DNA of 64,000 nucleotides from Phoronis australis (Eukaryota; Animalia; Phoronida): NCBI GenBank assembly GCA_002633005.1, contig NMRA01000148.1, positions 1 to 64,000 of the forward strand, read 5' to 3'. Shown piece by piece: positions 12,425 to 25,258 of this stretch (position 1 is its first letter; each line of letters starts with the position of its first letter). The notes under the pieces were generated by a model. It saw only the letters and a program-made list of their open reading frames with translations, ran no database searches and was not told where the DNA came from. The position numbers and the translations under genes were made by a program.

Positions 12425-12710
12425 CAATGCAAGTCCAGTATCCAGGAAAAGTGGAAATAAGAGTTGCAGTTAGACAAGAGTGAAGTTTGGTGAAGCAAAA
12501 TGTATACAAATAAAATCACTTTTTCGGAGATACAAAACTCCGATGGTTTCAATTTTGTATCAATGGAACAAATTCTCACCCGTTTAAGATCAGAATCTCT
12601 CAGTCCCAGTGTTTGTGGTGAAAGTCCGGAATCAGTGTTACATTTGTATGTTATTGTTAATTGCCCTTTTGCAAGCTCGTTTTGAACTAGTGTTGGTAAG
12701 TGGTGGCTAA
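12425..12710 (+). mobile_element. Decayed non-LTR retrotransposon ORF2 C-terminus (zf-RVT; L1/Tx1-like)
   Basis: Translation with stops reads QEKWK*ELQL..W*SKMYTNKI..FNF..QILTRL..SPSVCGESPESVLHLYV..CPF..F*TSVGKWW. This matches the C..C..E(S/T)..HL..C..W zf-RVT pattern. Confidence 0.6.
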
Positions 12711-13699
12711 AATATAATGAGAATGTGCTATTACATGAAAAATGGTATAAGGATAAGCAGAAGAGTAACACAAATGTTGAATAGTTGTAATAGTTAAAAC
12801 GGTTTTAATAAAGAAGACGTGAAAGATCTGATATTTTTAAAGTAGTGATTTTTATCACCATTTTGTGCAAGTTTAATGATTTTAAACCAATTGCTTTTCT
12901 GTTACACCTTGGAAAGATTTGTAAATGTGTTATCAAATCTGCTGGCGACTGGCAGTTTAGTAATACATAATCATCTGTTTACAACATCAATAACAATGTT
13001 AAAATGCTTCCAATGTCAGTTCCTAACTCCACGACCAGTCTACGCTAATAAATTAAGAAATTTGTCTTAAAGTTGCATTTTAATGTAAAAATATACAGGT
13101 GTCTATTAATCACACTAATGTAGACGCTGACCATTGGTAATTTGCACAGTTGACACTTCCCAGGAACGAATTTCATCAACACCGCGGCGTGTTGTTGACG
13201 ATGGAGAGGGGCGGACTATTGAAATAATTTGGTGCCGACGAGATAAAATGAACAAGGTGGAGGTGAACTATGTTATTGGTGACCAAGGAAATGAAACTGA
13301 GTTGCTATGACGACCGGAGAGAGGACGACTGGCTTTGATGTCATATGCGTCCCCAGATATGACCAAAAACGCAGCGACGTATGCCGTTTTGAGGAGTTTC
13401 GCGACGTCCAGTTCCGCCACTGGATGCAGTGTTCTCTTTATGGCATAGCAGTGAGAAAAATTAGTGTCAAACGGAAGGCGAATGTACGTCACCAGTGCAC
13501 TCAAATATTGTTTGGTGTTCATATAATTCTTCCAGTTTTTTATCACTTTTGTTTGGAACTGGTCTATTAAACAATGGTCCCCAATGTCCATGGATCCTAA
13601 TAAAAATAATTCCAGGCGGTCTGATTCACGTTGTACCAGACGTGCGCAGGCCGCGCATGTGAACCCATTGCGCTGATTATCTGGAACCATTTTTATGTT

Positions 13700-13838
13700 T
13701 TATTAACATACAGTTAAAACCGAGCTGAGGAGCTATAAACCTGACTCAAGGGCTTGGCAATGTGACCCAGTGGGACTCGAACGCACGACTTCGAGTAAAG
13801 AAAGCGGCATCTATCATACTAAGCCACACTGCCTCCTC
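13700..13838 (-). mobile_element. tRNA-derived SINE copy
   Basis: The reverse complement has AGTGTGGCTTAGTA (A-box-like) and GTTCGAGTCCC (B box), followed by CCCTTGAGTCAG..GCTCCTCAGCTC. The same body occurs at ~40450-40535. Confidence 0.6.
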
Positions 13839-14590
13839 TCCATGGATCCTACACCCGAAGCATTTGTTGATTTAAAAATCATTTGCATAAATGAGACTTG
13901 TCAAACTAGATGAACCAGGCACTAACTTCTCCATCGGAAGGGCCGATCTATCATGGTGGATGGATAGTAAAGGGAATCTTGCTAAATGAAAGGGGTGTTG
14001 TCCGTGTCAGCATGTGGCAATAAGTGACCGTTTATTCAAAAGAGTCGTTATTTTTAAGTTTTTTTTTCAAGTTGTATAACATTTCTGGGAGTTTACTACC
14101 AAACGCTGTGTTTCATCAATAATGTGGCAAAAAGAAACAGGTAGAAAAGTCACGTGGTACATATAACCAACCTTTCGTCAACGCCAGGGACTTTTGATTC
14201 AAGCTACTTGCTTCAAAAAACTGGTTTTGACTTGGACCTTGCTCAGTTTAAAATTAATTTCCGGGCTGACATTTCTTTAGTTTGTGTTGACACCAGAGAC
14301 CGGGATCTAATCGATCTTCTCGAAATCGAAATGGAAATTATTTTTTGTCTTTTTCTATTCTACTTTAGTACACAAATTTACGATAACTCGAGTACATAAT
14401 GTCTTACGTAGATAAATATCTTATCCTAGTTTGCACTTGTTGACCCTTCCATTAGAAGGCTACAAGTTCAAGTCTGAATTCAAAATTTTGACTTTTTACT
14501 CCACTTTTTTAACTCGAATCTAGTGGTCATCAAGTGCCAACTTGTACTAAAAAGTCACACGCATAAAACATGTACTCGGGCACAGAATAA

Positions 14591-15561
14591 ATATAGATTA
14601 TTTCATGGCAAAGTCGTTATCCGCCGTAATCTAGAGCCCGAGTGGATTTTGGAGAATTATCGCCCAAGGGGCGTTAGCGGCCACGAGGGCGATAATTCTA
14701 CAAAATCCACAAGGGCTCTAGATAAGGGGAATGACGACCGAGATCATGTAATAATCTATGTATACCACATACTGAACGAGAAACATTGCAATGAATCGAT
14801 ATACCTTTCTCGACTAGCCTTGGCTTTGTAACTACTTTCTATGTCAGAGGTCCGGGATCGGAGGTCATGACCTTTTTAGAAACGCTGAGTTATTTTTGTT
14901 AAAATAATGTTTTTAATCAAAACCAATTGAAAATTTAAACAAAATAGAAATAAAGTGAATCTATAAAATAAGTTTTAAGCAACTAGTCTAGCTTACTAAA
15001 CATTTTATCATGCTAAGCTTCAACTGTGAAACTATCGTCTGTTAAAGTAGGTTACCACTGGTTACTGGGTATATAATGTCCAAGTCGAAGGATCCCGACG
15101 ACACGTTACCCGCATTCAAACTGGAGATCGATGATTTACAAGTGGGAGACAATGAGAGATAAATTTTACTGAATTAAAATGTTGTTTTTATTGAAATTGT
15201 GCGTCTTATTTTTCATAGCTTATAAATGTCGGTATAATGCCGTTCGTTGAACACGCGATTATTGCGCGAGCTCATTTAAGTATTCTATTTTCACGTTCGA
15301 TGACGTCAGTTGCTGCGTGGTCCAGTGGTTAATTCGATTCTAAATTCTTGCGAAGCGGGTTCGAAACCGGCTTCGATTTCCCACCAAAATGTTATTCAAC
15401 GCGCGTTGAATAACTAAATGCGTTATTTAGCGGTTGTATTGGCCATGTCAGGCTGATGATGTGGTATAATTGACACGACGTCCCTCGGGCGACAGTTCTC
15501 CAAAATCCACTCGGGCTCTAGATTACGGGAGATAACGACCTCGCCATGTAATAATCTATAT
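14591..15561. mobile_element. Nested MITE cluster: ATATAGATTATT-ended palindromic element plus a TATACCACAT...ATGTGGTATA element (14761-15468)
   Basis: 14591-14670 is inverted at 14680-14760 and again at 15481-15561; a further arm lies at 8225-8302. The inner element has 10-bp TIRs and a tRNA-like cassette at ~15310-15375. Confidence 0.65.
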
Positions 15562-16460
15562 TTACACAAAAGTAGAAAATGTCAATTGATATAATTTGGA
15601 GTTCGATTTCGCGTACAAAGGTTAGACCCCGGACCCTGGGCCTGTTTCATGAAAAGTGATTAAAGTCAGAAATTTGTCTTATGCTCTACCCAAGTATTTC
15701 TGAAAAGTTAAATGGTAAAAACAAGAGGTTTTGCCTCATATCGATGTTTCTATATTACACAATATCATCATCAAAGCTTCAGGCGTCAGTGGCCAAGATG
15801 TGACAATAAAGGAAATGTATAATTCGTGTGATTGACTGTGATTACCAAACCACACTTTCGGATAGAGGAATTGTTCACGTAAACAGCGAAACATTTTGTG
15901 CGAAACCAAAATTAATAGGATACTGAACCCGGAATTTTACTTTTACGCCATCTTAAGTCTTAAATGTAACAAAAAATGCATGCCCTGAAAATTCTCATCA
16001 ATCCTTTAGATTTAAGTTCGACCACACCTTGCAAAATATGTCAAATTGACAAGCGTTACTAACGCTTCGGCCGAGTTAATAGACGACTGTGACGAGAGGG
16101 GGCGCATATCGAACTGTCGAATCCATTTTGTAACTCAGTAAGGTCTGAATTTTAGCTTTCATCTTTCCAGGGAAGTGCTAATTGTTCGTAAGAAAAACTA
16201 CTTCCGCGGTATTAAAGAGGCCGCGCGTCTCGAACTGTCGAATCCATTTTGTGACTCAGCAAGGTCTGAGTTGTAAGCTAAACAGTGCTTTCATAGTTGT
16301 AGGGAAGTTCTAATTACACAACAGCAGGTGGCGGAAACAGTTTTGGGTAACTTCGTCAAAACAGGTTTAGTATACTTTAAGCATTTTTCTCTCTCGGGGG
16401 TTTCATGACTGAAGTTATCTCTGGAGGAGAATAAAGTTAACTGACCACTAATCCAGTCTC

Positions 16461-16600
16461 CTGTTCAGTAACGCTATTTCCTCGCTAAAAAAGAAGTCTT
16501 CGCGAGATTACGTGAGATAATGCCATGTTTTTTGAAATGAGAACACGTGCCTTTGGCTAGATTTTAGCTAGGTCCTAGCGCTACTGAACGCACGCCAGGT
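16461..16600. mobile_element. ~150-bp dispersed MITE-like repeat (other copies 33950-34105, 39685-39776 partial, ~40970-41100 inverted)
   Basis: Shared core CTCGCTAAAAAGCAAGACTTCGCGAGATTACGTGAGATA; short TIR GTTCAGTA...TACTGAAC. Confidence 0.7.
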
Positions 16601-16739
16601 CTAATAATCGAGCACATGAATCATTAGATAGACAGACGGACACTTTCAGTCACAGAACCTTCCCCACCTCCGTTGGTAGTTGTTCTCATCGCGAAAGATC
16701 GAATTTGTTTTGTAGGTTGAATCCGACCCAAGGTTGAAC

Positions 16740-16797
16740 ATGAAGAAAGCTTTTGCAATTCTTGTCGTTGCGCTCCTGTTGAATTACACCTGCGCTG
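16740..16797 (+). CDS. Knottin/conotoxin-like prepropeptide, coding exon 1 (signal peptide MKKAFAILVVALLLNYTCA)
   Basis: Acceptor ttgttttgtAG at 16714-16715; ATG 16740. Basic n-region, hydrophobic core and T-C-A cleavage region. Perfect donor G|GTAAGT at 16798, phase 1. Confidence 0.75.
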
Positions 16798-18054
16798 GTA
16801 AGTAGAAAACAAGCCCCTAGGACAGTCAGGCTGTGCAAATCGAACGTGAACTAGAATGGAAATAGTGTTATCTGTACTATTCACATCTTGCACGCAGCTC
16901 GTGGCTCCTTATCGAAAAAATCCACTAGCTCTGTCATGGGCGGCGCAGCACTGCCCCCTATGGTGCGCCGCCTATGTCTGTACGAAAAAAGCATCATGTC
17001 CAGTATTCAGTAAGCCTTCTAAACCCATTATCAGTGCACATGTTGGACTCACAATATTCCTTAAAGGAATAGATTTCACTGATTGTTTACACAACGATAA
17101 ACTCAGAATATCAATTTCTTACATTATTTTGTTCTTGTTTAGCTATTTTTTGTATTTGAGTACCACAATGTTGCCATAGACAACGCGCATAGTTGATATT
17201 TGTAATTTGTAATTTAAGTTATGTAGCATTTTATGACCCCTACTCTCAAAATATCTGTAAGGACTCGTCATACTCGAATTTTGCGCGACTGCCCGAACTC
17301 GTCATGAGCAACTGTACGGTTTCGCATTGAGTCAGAGGTGTTTTCAACTTATTTTTGTCGTCTAATTATGCATCAATGCCTGCAAAAAGTGGCTCATTCA
17401 TATACATATAAACCAGTATCTTGATAAATAATGTCAAATGACTCTGCAATCGGGTTCCCGGCCAAAAACTTGCTGTCCCGACTTACTGCACCGACTATAT
17501 CTCCCAGAAATGACTGAGATTTGTTGGTTTCGATGACGCAAACCACGTAAATTGCCCAGTACTAAACTTCAAAGCTTAGCCGACTTTTGCAACGACATCG
17601 AAGTGGAGGAAATATCTAGAATTCAAATAAAAACAGACCGCAAGGTTTGTCGCGAGAATGACTCATTATACCGATTTCCACATTTGGCATGTAGGACCGC
17701 TCATCTTCTTGAATTTCCCCACTGCCAGTTCATATCCTTCTTAGGGGGACTAACTCTTCCAATCTCAGTGACAAAATGCCACATATTTTGTATATACATT
17801 CTTTCAACTCCAGTCGCAGATGGGGGTGGGGATTTGTTAAAATATTTGTCCCTAATGCACTAATGGCGGAGAAGGTCCTGCCCTAGCCAATCCGATAGGA
17901 TAAGATAGGATATAAATGGACAACAACAACAAAATTGTTGCAGCTACTAGTAGTACTACTAACCCCAATCATAACAAAGTTAAAGATGCTATGTCTCATT
18001 AAATTGTGAATACGCAAATGAAGTACTGGTTTACAAACAACCACGGTGTACCGG

Positions 18055-18926
18055 CGGAAACCATCCGAAGGTTCACTACTCCAAAGGCTCACCACTCCGA
18101 AGGTTCACTACTCCGAAGGTTCGCCTCCTTCGGAAGTTCACTACTTCGAATGTCCACAATTCCGAAACCAGAACTCCGACAGCTCATTGCTCTGATTGTC
18201 TACTAGGCCTATATGAGTAGGAACTGACATGAGTAAAGTATTATATTTGTGTCCATTTAGTAACCACTTAAAGGGTGTATGCAAGCGCTGGATATTGTTT
18301 ACCATCGAACTCAGTTCCAATCGCTGCCAATCTAACTAAAGTCTCATTCTCAGTTAGAGACGACATCTGGGGCACGGGTCTGGGCTGCGGCGACCGACTG
18401 CGGTTTTAAATTTAAGAAGATTGGATGAGACTTTCGTGAAGACTGGCAGGGACAGGGTAGCCTGCTACTAACTACATTTAGTTTCGACCCGGCCGTGCGA
18501 GTAATTCCGGTGGGCGGTGAGAATGAGGTGCAGCTGCCCTTGCCTTTCCAATCCAACCATGAGATGATGCGATCTTGACATGGATTTGATGAATGTATCG
18601 TGGTTGATAATTAAGCGATACACCGACTTCATATTCTTTTAGAACTGCAAGTACATGTACGTACTCACTTTTACGTATTCGAAAGACATGTGGGCAATTT
18701 CGCATGCGCATGAAATCCAAACAACGTGATTTATTACCCGGGCGTTGTTTTCGGTATAGTTTCATCTATTAACCGAAATGTCGTTTATTTTTGTACGTAA
18801 AACTATAACAATTACACCTGAGTCAGAAAGTTTAGATATTTTCGGAGCAGTGAAATTTCGGAGTAGTGAACCTCCGAAGTAGTGGACCTTCGGAATAGTG
18901 AACCTTTGGAATAGTGGGCTGTTCCC
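18055..18926. mobile_element. Non-autonomous DNA element with inverted subterminal arrays of a 16-bp repeat
   Basis: CCGAAGGTTCACTACT-like units at 18065-18195 are mirrored by AGTAGTGAACCTTCGG-like units at 18840-18917. Confidence 0.7.
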
Positions 18927-19039
18927 ATTTCCAACGATGTACGCAATGAGAAACGCGCAAAAATGCAATCACGTGAAAACTTATGTCAAGTCATTATTCA
19001 ACTAAATATTTCCGTCCGAGTATGTAATAAGGTGTAATC

Positions 19040-20510
19040 ACATGCCGGATTTGAAATTTGGCAGGAGGGAACGCGAGAACGTTCCATTTATGGACCAAAT
19101 TACATCCGAATTTGAGTCCCGTTCTTTGCGAGCAGCCGTCACGCCATCCTCATTTGTGGTATTACGAATTCCGTCATATCTCAGGAACATAGAACTGAGA
19201 GCCATCGTTGCCGTGCATACAAATTTCCCTTCCCAATGATGAAGCTGTGTTTTCGGTAAGGCCCTGAGGGCCTTACCGAAAACTCTAGTGTTGACGCCTT
19301 TGTGCAAAATATCAAAGGTCTACCTTTCTAGAAATTCGAACCACCCCCTGCAATGCTGGCTACGGGCCTGCAAATTTCTCAGTTCTCACACTTTCTCATA
19401 TTCCTGTTTAAGTCTTTGTTGTCCGTCTTTCAAATTTGGTTCATCTTCATAGCCGAACAGGTCAATGTCACCACCAGTTGTAGTTTTCCCGACATTTACC
19501 TTCTAGCCGTCAAAGCTCAATTGACACGCACTGGCTTTGGGTGCGACATCAACAAGTTCATGAATAATTCCAGGAGTTATAGACTTATCCACTTTTGACG
19601 TAGGCAGTGNCTGGCTTAATGTTTAGCACGGCAAAGTTTATTTTCGATTCTAATGGGACTCCGCCAACTTTCTTTCCGATATGCTTGAACGCTCAGTCTC
19701 AAACTTTTTCCGTAGAAAAGACTGTATCCGATCCCCAAAAACTTCACAATGTTGTTCGAGTATCTCATTGTTACGGTGTTGTCGAGGGTAACAATTCTGC
19801 CCCGTCTAAAACCAGTAAGAACGATATATTGTCTAAGGGAAACGTAACATCTGCCATCATCCTATTAAACTTGACCCAGGTGTTTGACTTCCCTATTGTT
19901 TTCAAAACATCGATCACGCATGGTGTGACATCACATATTTCTTTTGTTGCACCGTATTCTCCTGCTAAATCTGTCTCTGTATCCCTTTCCCACTCTTTTT
20001 CGCTCGGTGTATTCTTCATCCTTGCCATCTCGTTCTTCTTTTGACTTCATCGTAAATGGGCTCTTGTGATCAAACTCTTTTCCTCTAATAGACATATTTT
20101 GCTTGAACTGGTTTCGCAGTCCTCCTCCAAAACAGTGTTGGGAATGCACCCATATTTTTTACTCTGACTGAAACATTCTAAACCGCTGTTTTCATGCAAT
20201 GTTAGATATCTAATACTTAGTACTTGATCGCCGTGATCTGGGATGCCATGGCCAATTACTTTAACAAACTGATCTGTGCCAACACAGAAGTAAGAGCACT
20301 TGAAGTTGGTTGATTGGAAAATTTTGTAAAATGTTTTTACCACTTTACTTTGTCCAAAATGGTTAATGACAATGGCCTAACACTTCTTACCTGTGTTCTC
20401 ACTTTAATACGCAATTTGCAAATGCATCCAATCGTTCTCAAGTCACCTATAGTATACTCCTCGAGAACTATTGGTAATTATAAAGTTAAACTGTCTATTC
20501 TGCTTAAAAT
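19040..20510 (-). pseudogene. Decayed large ORF of a probable DNA transposon inside intron 1 of the knottin gene
   Basis: Collinear minus-strand fragments with stops and frameshifts: FPLDNISFLL, TMRYSNNIVKFLGIGYSLFYGK, PLESKINFAV, ITPGII..LSFDG*K..GDIDLFGYEDEPNL..RL. They are bracketed by inverted CTCGTCATGAG/CTCATGACGAG subterminal motifs (~17260-17320 vs ~20530-21020). Confidence 0.6.
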
Positions 20511-21707
20511 TTGACTAACTCTTAACCAGCTCACTGACGAGTTCGTACAGTTTTCAAAAATCTACTCATGACGAGTCCGTACAGTCGTTTGTGACTGCCT
20601 AATTTACAATTTCCATATCTTTGTTAATCAAGCACAATTTTAGCTGAAACTTTTGCAGTACATGCACGTCTTCCTAAAATATTACTTGCAGTATGAAACG
20701 TATTAAATCAACAACATAATGCATCACAAGTATGAAATGTATTAAATCAACAACATAATGCATCATTTTATAACAACTTTCTTCGGTATTCCTGATATTT
20801 TCACACAACCACGGCTACCGATAGAGTCTCACTGAGCCGTCATTGCTGGTCGTCACTAACGTGAGAAGCTTTCAGCGTATGCCACGACTCTTAAGCTATT
20901 AGGCAAACAGTTTCTAATTACATATAGGATCGATTTCTACATTTTTAAGACAATTTTGTTCGACTGGTGTTGTATTCCTACATGGAATTGCTCATGACGA
21001 CGCCGTACTCCTCATGACCAGTCTAATCCCCACACCGTGAATAAAATATGAAGCGTCTTCTTATGTAGCTGTTGGTTTCGATGTTCTTTCTGGCCGGAAA
21101 TTGAGTTGTATAAAGGTAAGGAACATTACAAGAACAATTTTGAGAGAGTAAAAGGTCAAAACCGAATTCCGTTTTTTTTATCCAGATATAAACAAAGAAA
21201 TATTCAGCTTTAATTCGGTAAAGTAAACAAACCAAATTCATGTGTGTTTCACACGTAAGTGGAGCAGGACAGAAAATATTGTCAAAACCACTGGTTTTCC
21301 AAGGATATAGACTACATAGTAAAAAACACTGGTTTTCGAAGGATATAGACAACATAGTAAAAAAGTAACAATTATATCATTTCAAAAATACTCAAAATTG
21401 TCACACATACGGTTTTTTTCTCACAAAAATGTATGCTGTGAAAATACACGAATGGGACAGATGACATTTATTCCTGTATAGGCCTAAGGTAAGTTTCAAA
21501 ACATGAATGTTCAAATTTGCAAATTTCTTCGGAAACTATTGGGTAATAGGGTAGCTTCGCAAATTCCATTAGGCGGTGCGTGGTTTGATTTCTGAGGTTT
21601 GTAGCGTTGTTACTTAACTTCCCAGAATGAAACTGAATGCATTAATATATGACGTGTTAAAAAATTCTTAAAAATCCACGAAACACTGATAATTTTCTTT
21701 ATTTTAG

Positions 21708-21750
21708 CGGCTCAGGAACGGAACGAGATGGACGACAACATGATATCCAG
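21708..21750 (+). CDS. Knottin/conotoxin-like prepropeptide, coding exon 2 (acidic propeptide AAQERNEMDDNMISR)
   Basis: Acceptor ttttctttattttAG, donor AG|GTAACT. The exon is 43 nt, phase 1 in and phase 2 out, and bridges exons 1 and 3 in frame. Confidence 0.7.
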
Positions 21751-23723
21751 GTAACTTGTTTGTAATCGCGGTGATTCGATACGAGGTATTCGTTTAAATT
21801 CCACTCACTTCTTAACTTACTTTGCCTGTCACCCTGGATATAATGAACGCAACCTTGTGTTGCCACTGCCGAAACATGTCTAGTTTTGGGAAAACTTGTG
21901 CAACTTACGAACTGCAGCCGAGTTTTCAATACATCCTTCACGGACTTCTCAGTTATGAATCACCATCGCGATGACGATTACGGAAAGTAACGAACATCAA
22001 CTGCACCCGTTCCAACCGCCGTAACACCATTCAAGAGTCTACTAAATGCAAGCCGTTACATGCTTGCAGCTCATTGTAATATATCACTATAATGCATCAA
22101 CTATAACGAATGTCTGTAGCTGTTTGTACACTAGTGCGAACAAAGGCTGCTTGGTGCCATTCAGTGAAATCGCGTTATATTGACCCACACCAATACAGGA
22201 TATCCCAAGCAGACCTCATGCGTATTTCAAAATGTTCATTTTGTGAAAGCTTCTCTAAAAACAGTCATTGTCAAAAACAGCTATAGACGTCTACTGATTT
22301 AGAACTACCAACTTTTAAACAATTAGATCTAATTAAATCCAAACTTGGATCGAATGTGTGTTATCTCAGTGTAGCACCGCGATCCATGGTGATGCACGCT
22401 CGTGTGCCTTTTAGTTGGACTTAGTTGAGAAATGCATTATAAATGTGAGTGCGAGGGCGAATCAACCTTTTTTCTGTGGCGGGGGATCCCCAAAGATGTC
22501 ATAAAGAGAATGAAAACTTTCTGCTGCTGGCTAGTATCGTAATCAGGCTCCATGTGTTTGTGTTGACTTGGCGTCTTAAGAAGATTTCTTTGATTCACTA
22601 GTTCGATGACCTTTTCGCGGGCTTCTGAAAATTTCGAAATTGTATAGTAAATTTTTTGTTCCGATTTTACATTTTGTCAGATTGTAAACGGCGGAGACCA
22701 CAACGTCCTGACAAGTGATGGAGAGCAAGTTTGTGCGTAATTCACGCACTTGTTTACTTAAAAACCATTCAGCAAGTTAGGTAACTAGCGATTCCTCACT
22801 GTTAAGGACACTAGCGAGCTTTTTCCCTTAGACCCAGACTCCGATATGTACAACCTCTCTTATTGCCGAGGTGCAGTAAGGTGAACTTGAAATATACATT
22901 AGTTAAGATTATCACTGGCAGTTCTAGGAAGTCGTAAACGGGGAATGTGGGAATAACGATTTTTGTGTGAAAATATCCGCGTAAGACCTCATAACTGAAA
23001 CGTCAACCAATGCAAAAATGACGGTGGTTTTTGTTGATCGAGTCAGTTCGGGCGGGGGGGGGGGGCGCTCACTTGGCCCCTCTAAATCCACTTATGATTA
23101 TACAGATGCCTAAATTTTAAAAATAACGTTGTCTTTTTAGAATGATCTTGACATTTTTTCCTTTCTTCGCAAGTTTAGATCTTCGAACAAGTATCGACAA
23201 TGTGACTACAATCGGAACATTACGTAAATTGCATACCTGCATGTATTTACATTTTCTGAAAACTATATTATGAAATTAATAAAAGATGAGGTTTCTTACA
23301 ACTGAGAGCCCAGATAATGTCCCCTGTATAAGGCCATACATTAATTTGCATATCGGAGCACCTTTTTTGACTATAGCTGTGTTCCCCAATGCCATTTTTT
23401 ACATTCGTCTCTATGTCTTTGGAGTTCCTTGGCGTATTTCCCAGAAACTTGGTAAATAGTTTTGTATAATCGTATTGCCGCGCCTTTAGGCCCATGGGCC
23501 TACATGCCAAATAATGTCTTTCTTCATGGCCGTTTTTACCCAAGTGGTTAGCATACTAGCACATTCGCCTAAGTTTCGCGTACAAGCGCAATTTAGCACA
23601 GAAGCCCCGTTGGCTTAATAAGCGACGAGGCAATACGGTAACTTCAATGAAGCTGAAATGATTTACTTTCATGTTTCGTGCATCAAAACTTGATGAAACA
23701 CAAATTCCTTCGATTTTTTTCAG

Positions 23724-23871
23724 GGCGAGACGATCTTGTAAAGAAGTCGGCCAATCGTGCAGCCAAAATTCGGACTGTTGCAATTATCAACATGCTCAAA
23801 TAAGATGCAGCTTTCTTGGATACTGCGAAACTTTTAGATATCCAGGTCAAAGATTAATCAGAAGACGCTAA
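23724..23871 (+). CDS. Knottin/conotoxin-like prepropeptide, coding exon 3 (RARR site + mature C-C-CC-C-C peptide)
   Basis: Acceptor tttttttcAG. Encodes ARRSCKEVGQSCSQNSDCCNYQHAQIRCSFLGYCETFRYPGQRLIRRR*, with Cys spacing 6-5-0-8-5. AATAAA occurs at ~24345-24356. Confidence 0.8.
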
Positions 23872-25195
23872 TAATGTATGGCGCTATCTCGGGCGAAGCC
23901 ATGGGTGATCTTAGGTTTTCGCGAGTTTGTTGATTCTACGGAACGGACACCTGAATTGGTTGGGAGACGTTCTCAATTCAGAATATAGGCATTTCATTCT
24001 GATTACTTGTTTTTAGCTTGCGTCACATTCTCAACCATTTTACTTAACGTGGCTCTAAACCAGCGTCCCGTACAAAGCTAAGTTTTGACTTACACACTCA
24101 CCGCTGTAAATCTAGTTCTAGTGACATGTTCAAATTAGACATGAGTCGTGGGTTTGGGAAGAACTAACAGTTCCCTATTGCTTGAGATCACAGTCTGTTC
24201 GGTTATTTTTTTCACGGAGTGTCCTTTACATGTGCCCAGCATGGTGTCAAACACTACCGACAGTCAGTCGTTCCAGAGCCCAGAAATCCTTTTTCGTCTG
24301 AGTGAAACCGCGTAATATTGACACACACCAATACCGGATTGGAAAATAAAAATAAATTGAAGCAATAGATAATGGACATATACCTTACTAGAAATAGCCT
24401 CCTACGTGGGTTACAAGCGACGATACTAAGAGCATCCGTCCGTACGTGAAACACTTGAATAAACACTTTTCCTTAAAAAAACATTTACATGTATATGCGC
24501 ATAGGCCTAAATACGCACATACACGATGAATCTGTTACGCAAATACAGGTATCAACGGAGGGAATAAATGAAAGCAGACATGGGTGACACGACGTAAAAC
24601 GTGTTAGATCTCTATTCGGGTTACATAAAATTTGCATAGCAAATGAGTTACATCAAAATATTAGTCGACCAATGACAATATAATTATATTCTTCGATCGT
24701 GTGCACCATAGAACTCTAGCCCCGGAACGCCAACTTCGGCACTGAGGTAATCTATGAATTCTATCATTAGAACTTGCGACCCCGAGACTAGCAGCGATAG
24801 TTTGCACTGAGAATTTCCGGCTGTCTGCTGGACTGAGTTTTGATCGAGTGTTTTAGTTATCAAATTAACCCTAATTTCATTGCTTCATTTTCATTTTGTC
24901 ATTATTGTTCATCAAGCAAGACTTTTGAGGTACGGTTCCATACAATCAGCGATTTCTCGGTAAAATTAGTCAACAAACCCGACAATTACACTGGCACCGA
25001 CCTGTGGCCTTGGGTGGATGCCGGGAATAGTTTGGCCTCTGATATCTTTTCAGGTCCAGCCGCAGAGCCACTTTCTGCCACCAATCAAACTACATGTTTT
25101 TCAACAAGACATTTTTGAGTGCTAAAATCGTGTTACAGTATTTTACGCAAAGAAGTGATGTTTGGTTCCTGAGTGTTTGCTTATAATTGCGTAGT

Positions 25196-25258
25196 TAAGT
25201 GTGTGTGTGTGTTGTGTGTGTGTGTGTGTATGTGTGTGTGTGTGCGTGCGTGCGTGTA
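25196..25258. repeat. (TG)n/(TGCG)n microsatellite
   Basis: Direct reading. Confidence 0.95.

Noticed and set aside
18065-18195. Regular 16-bp repeats
   Set aside because: No spacers, and mirrored at 18840-18917; these are transposon subterminal arrays.
22510-22880. Alternative signal/pro exons in intron 2 of the knottin gene (MKT..LLLASIV; exon-like 22681-22736 and 22832-22880)
   Set aside because: The signal-like ORF stops after 10 codons without a frameshift, and the donors are weak. The 21708-21750 exon gives a cleaner in-frame model.
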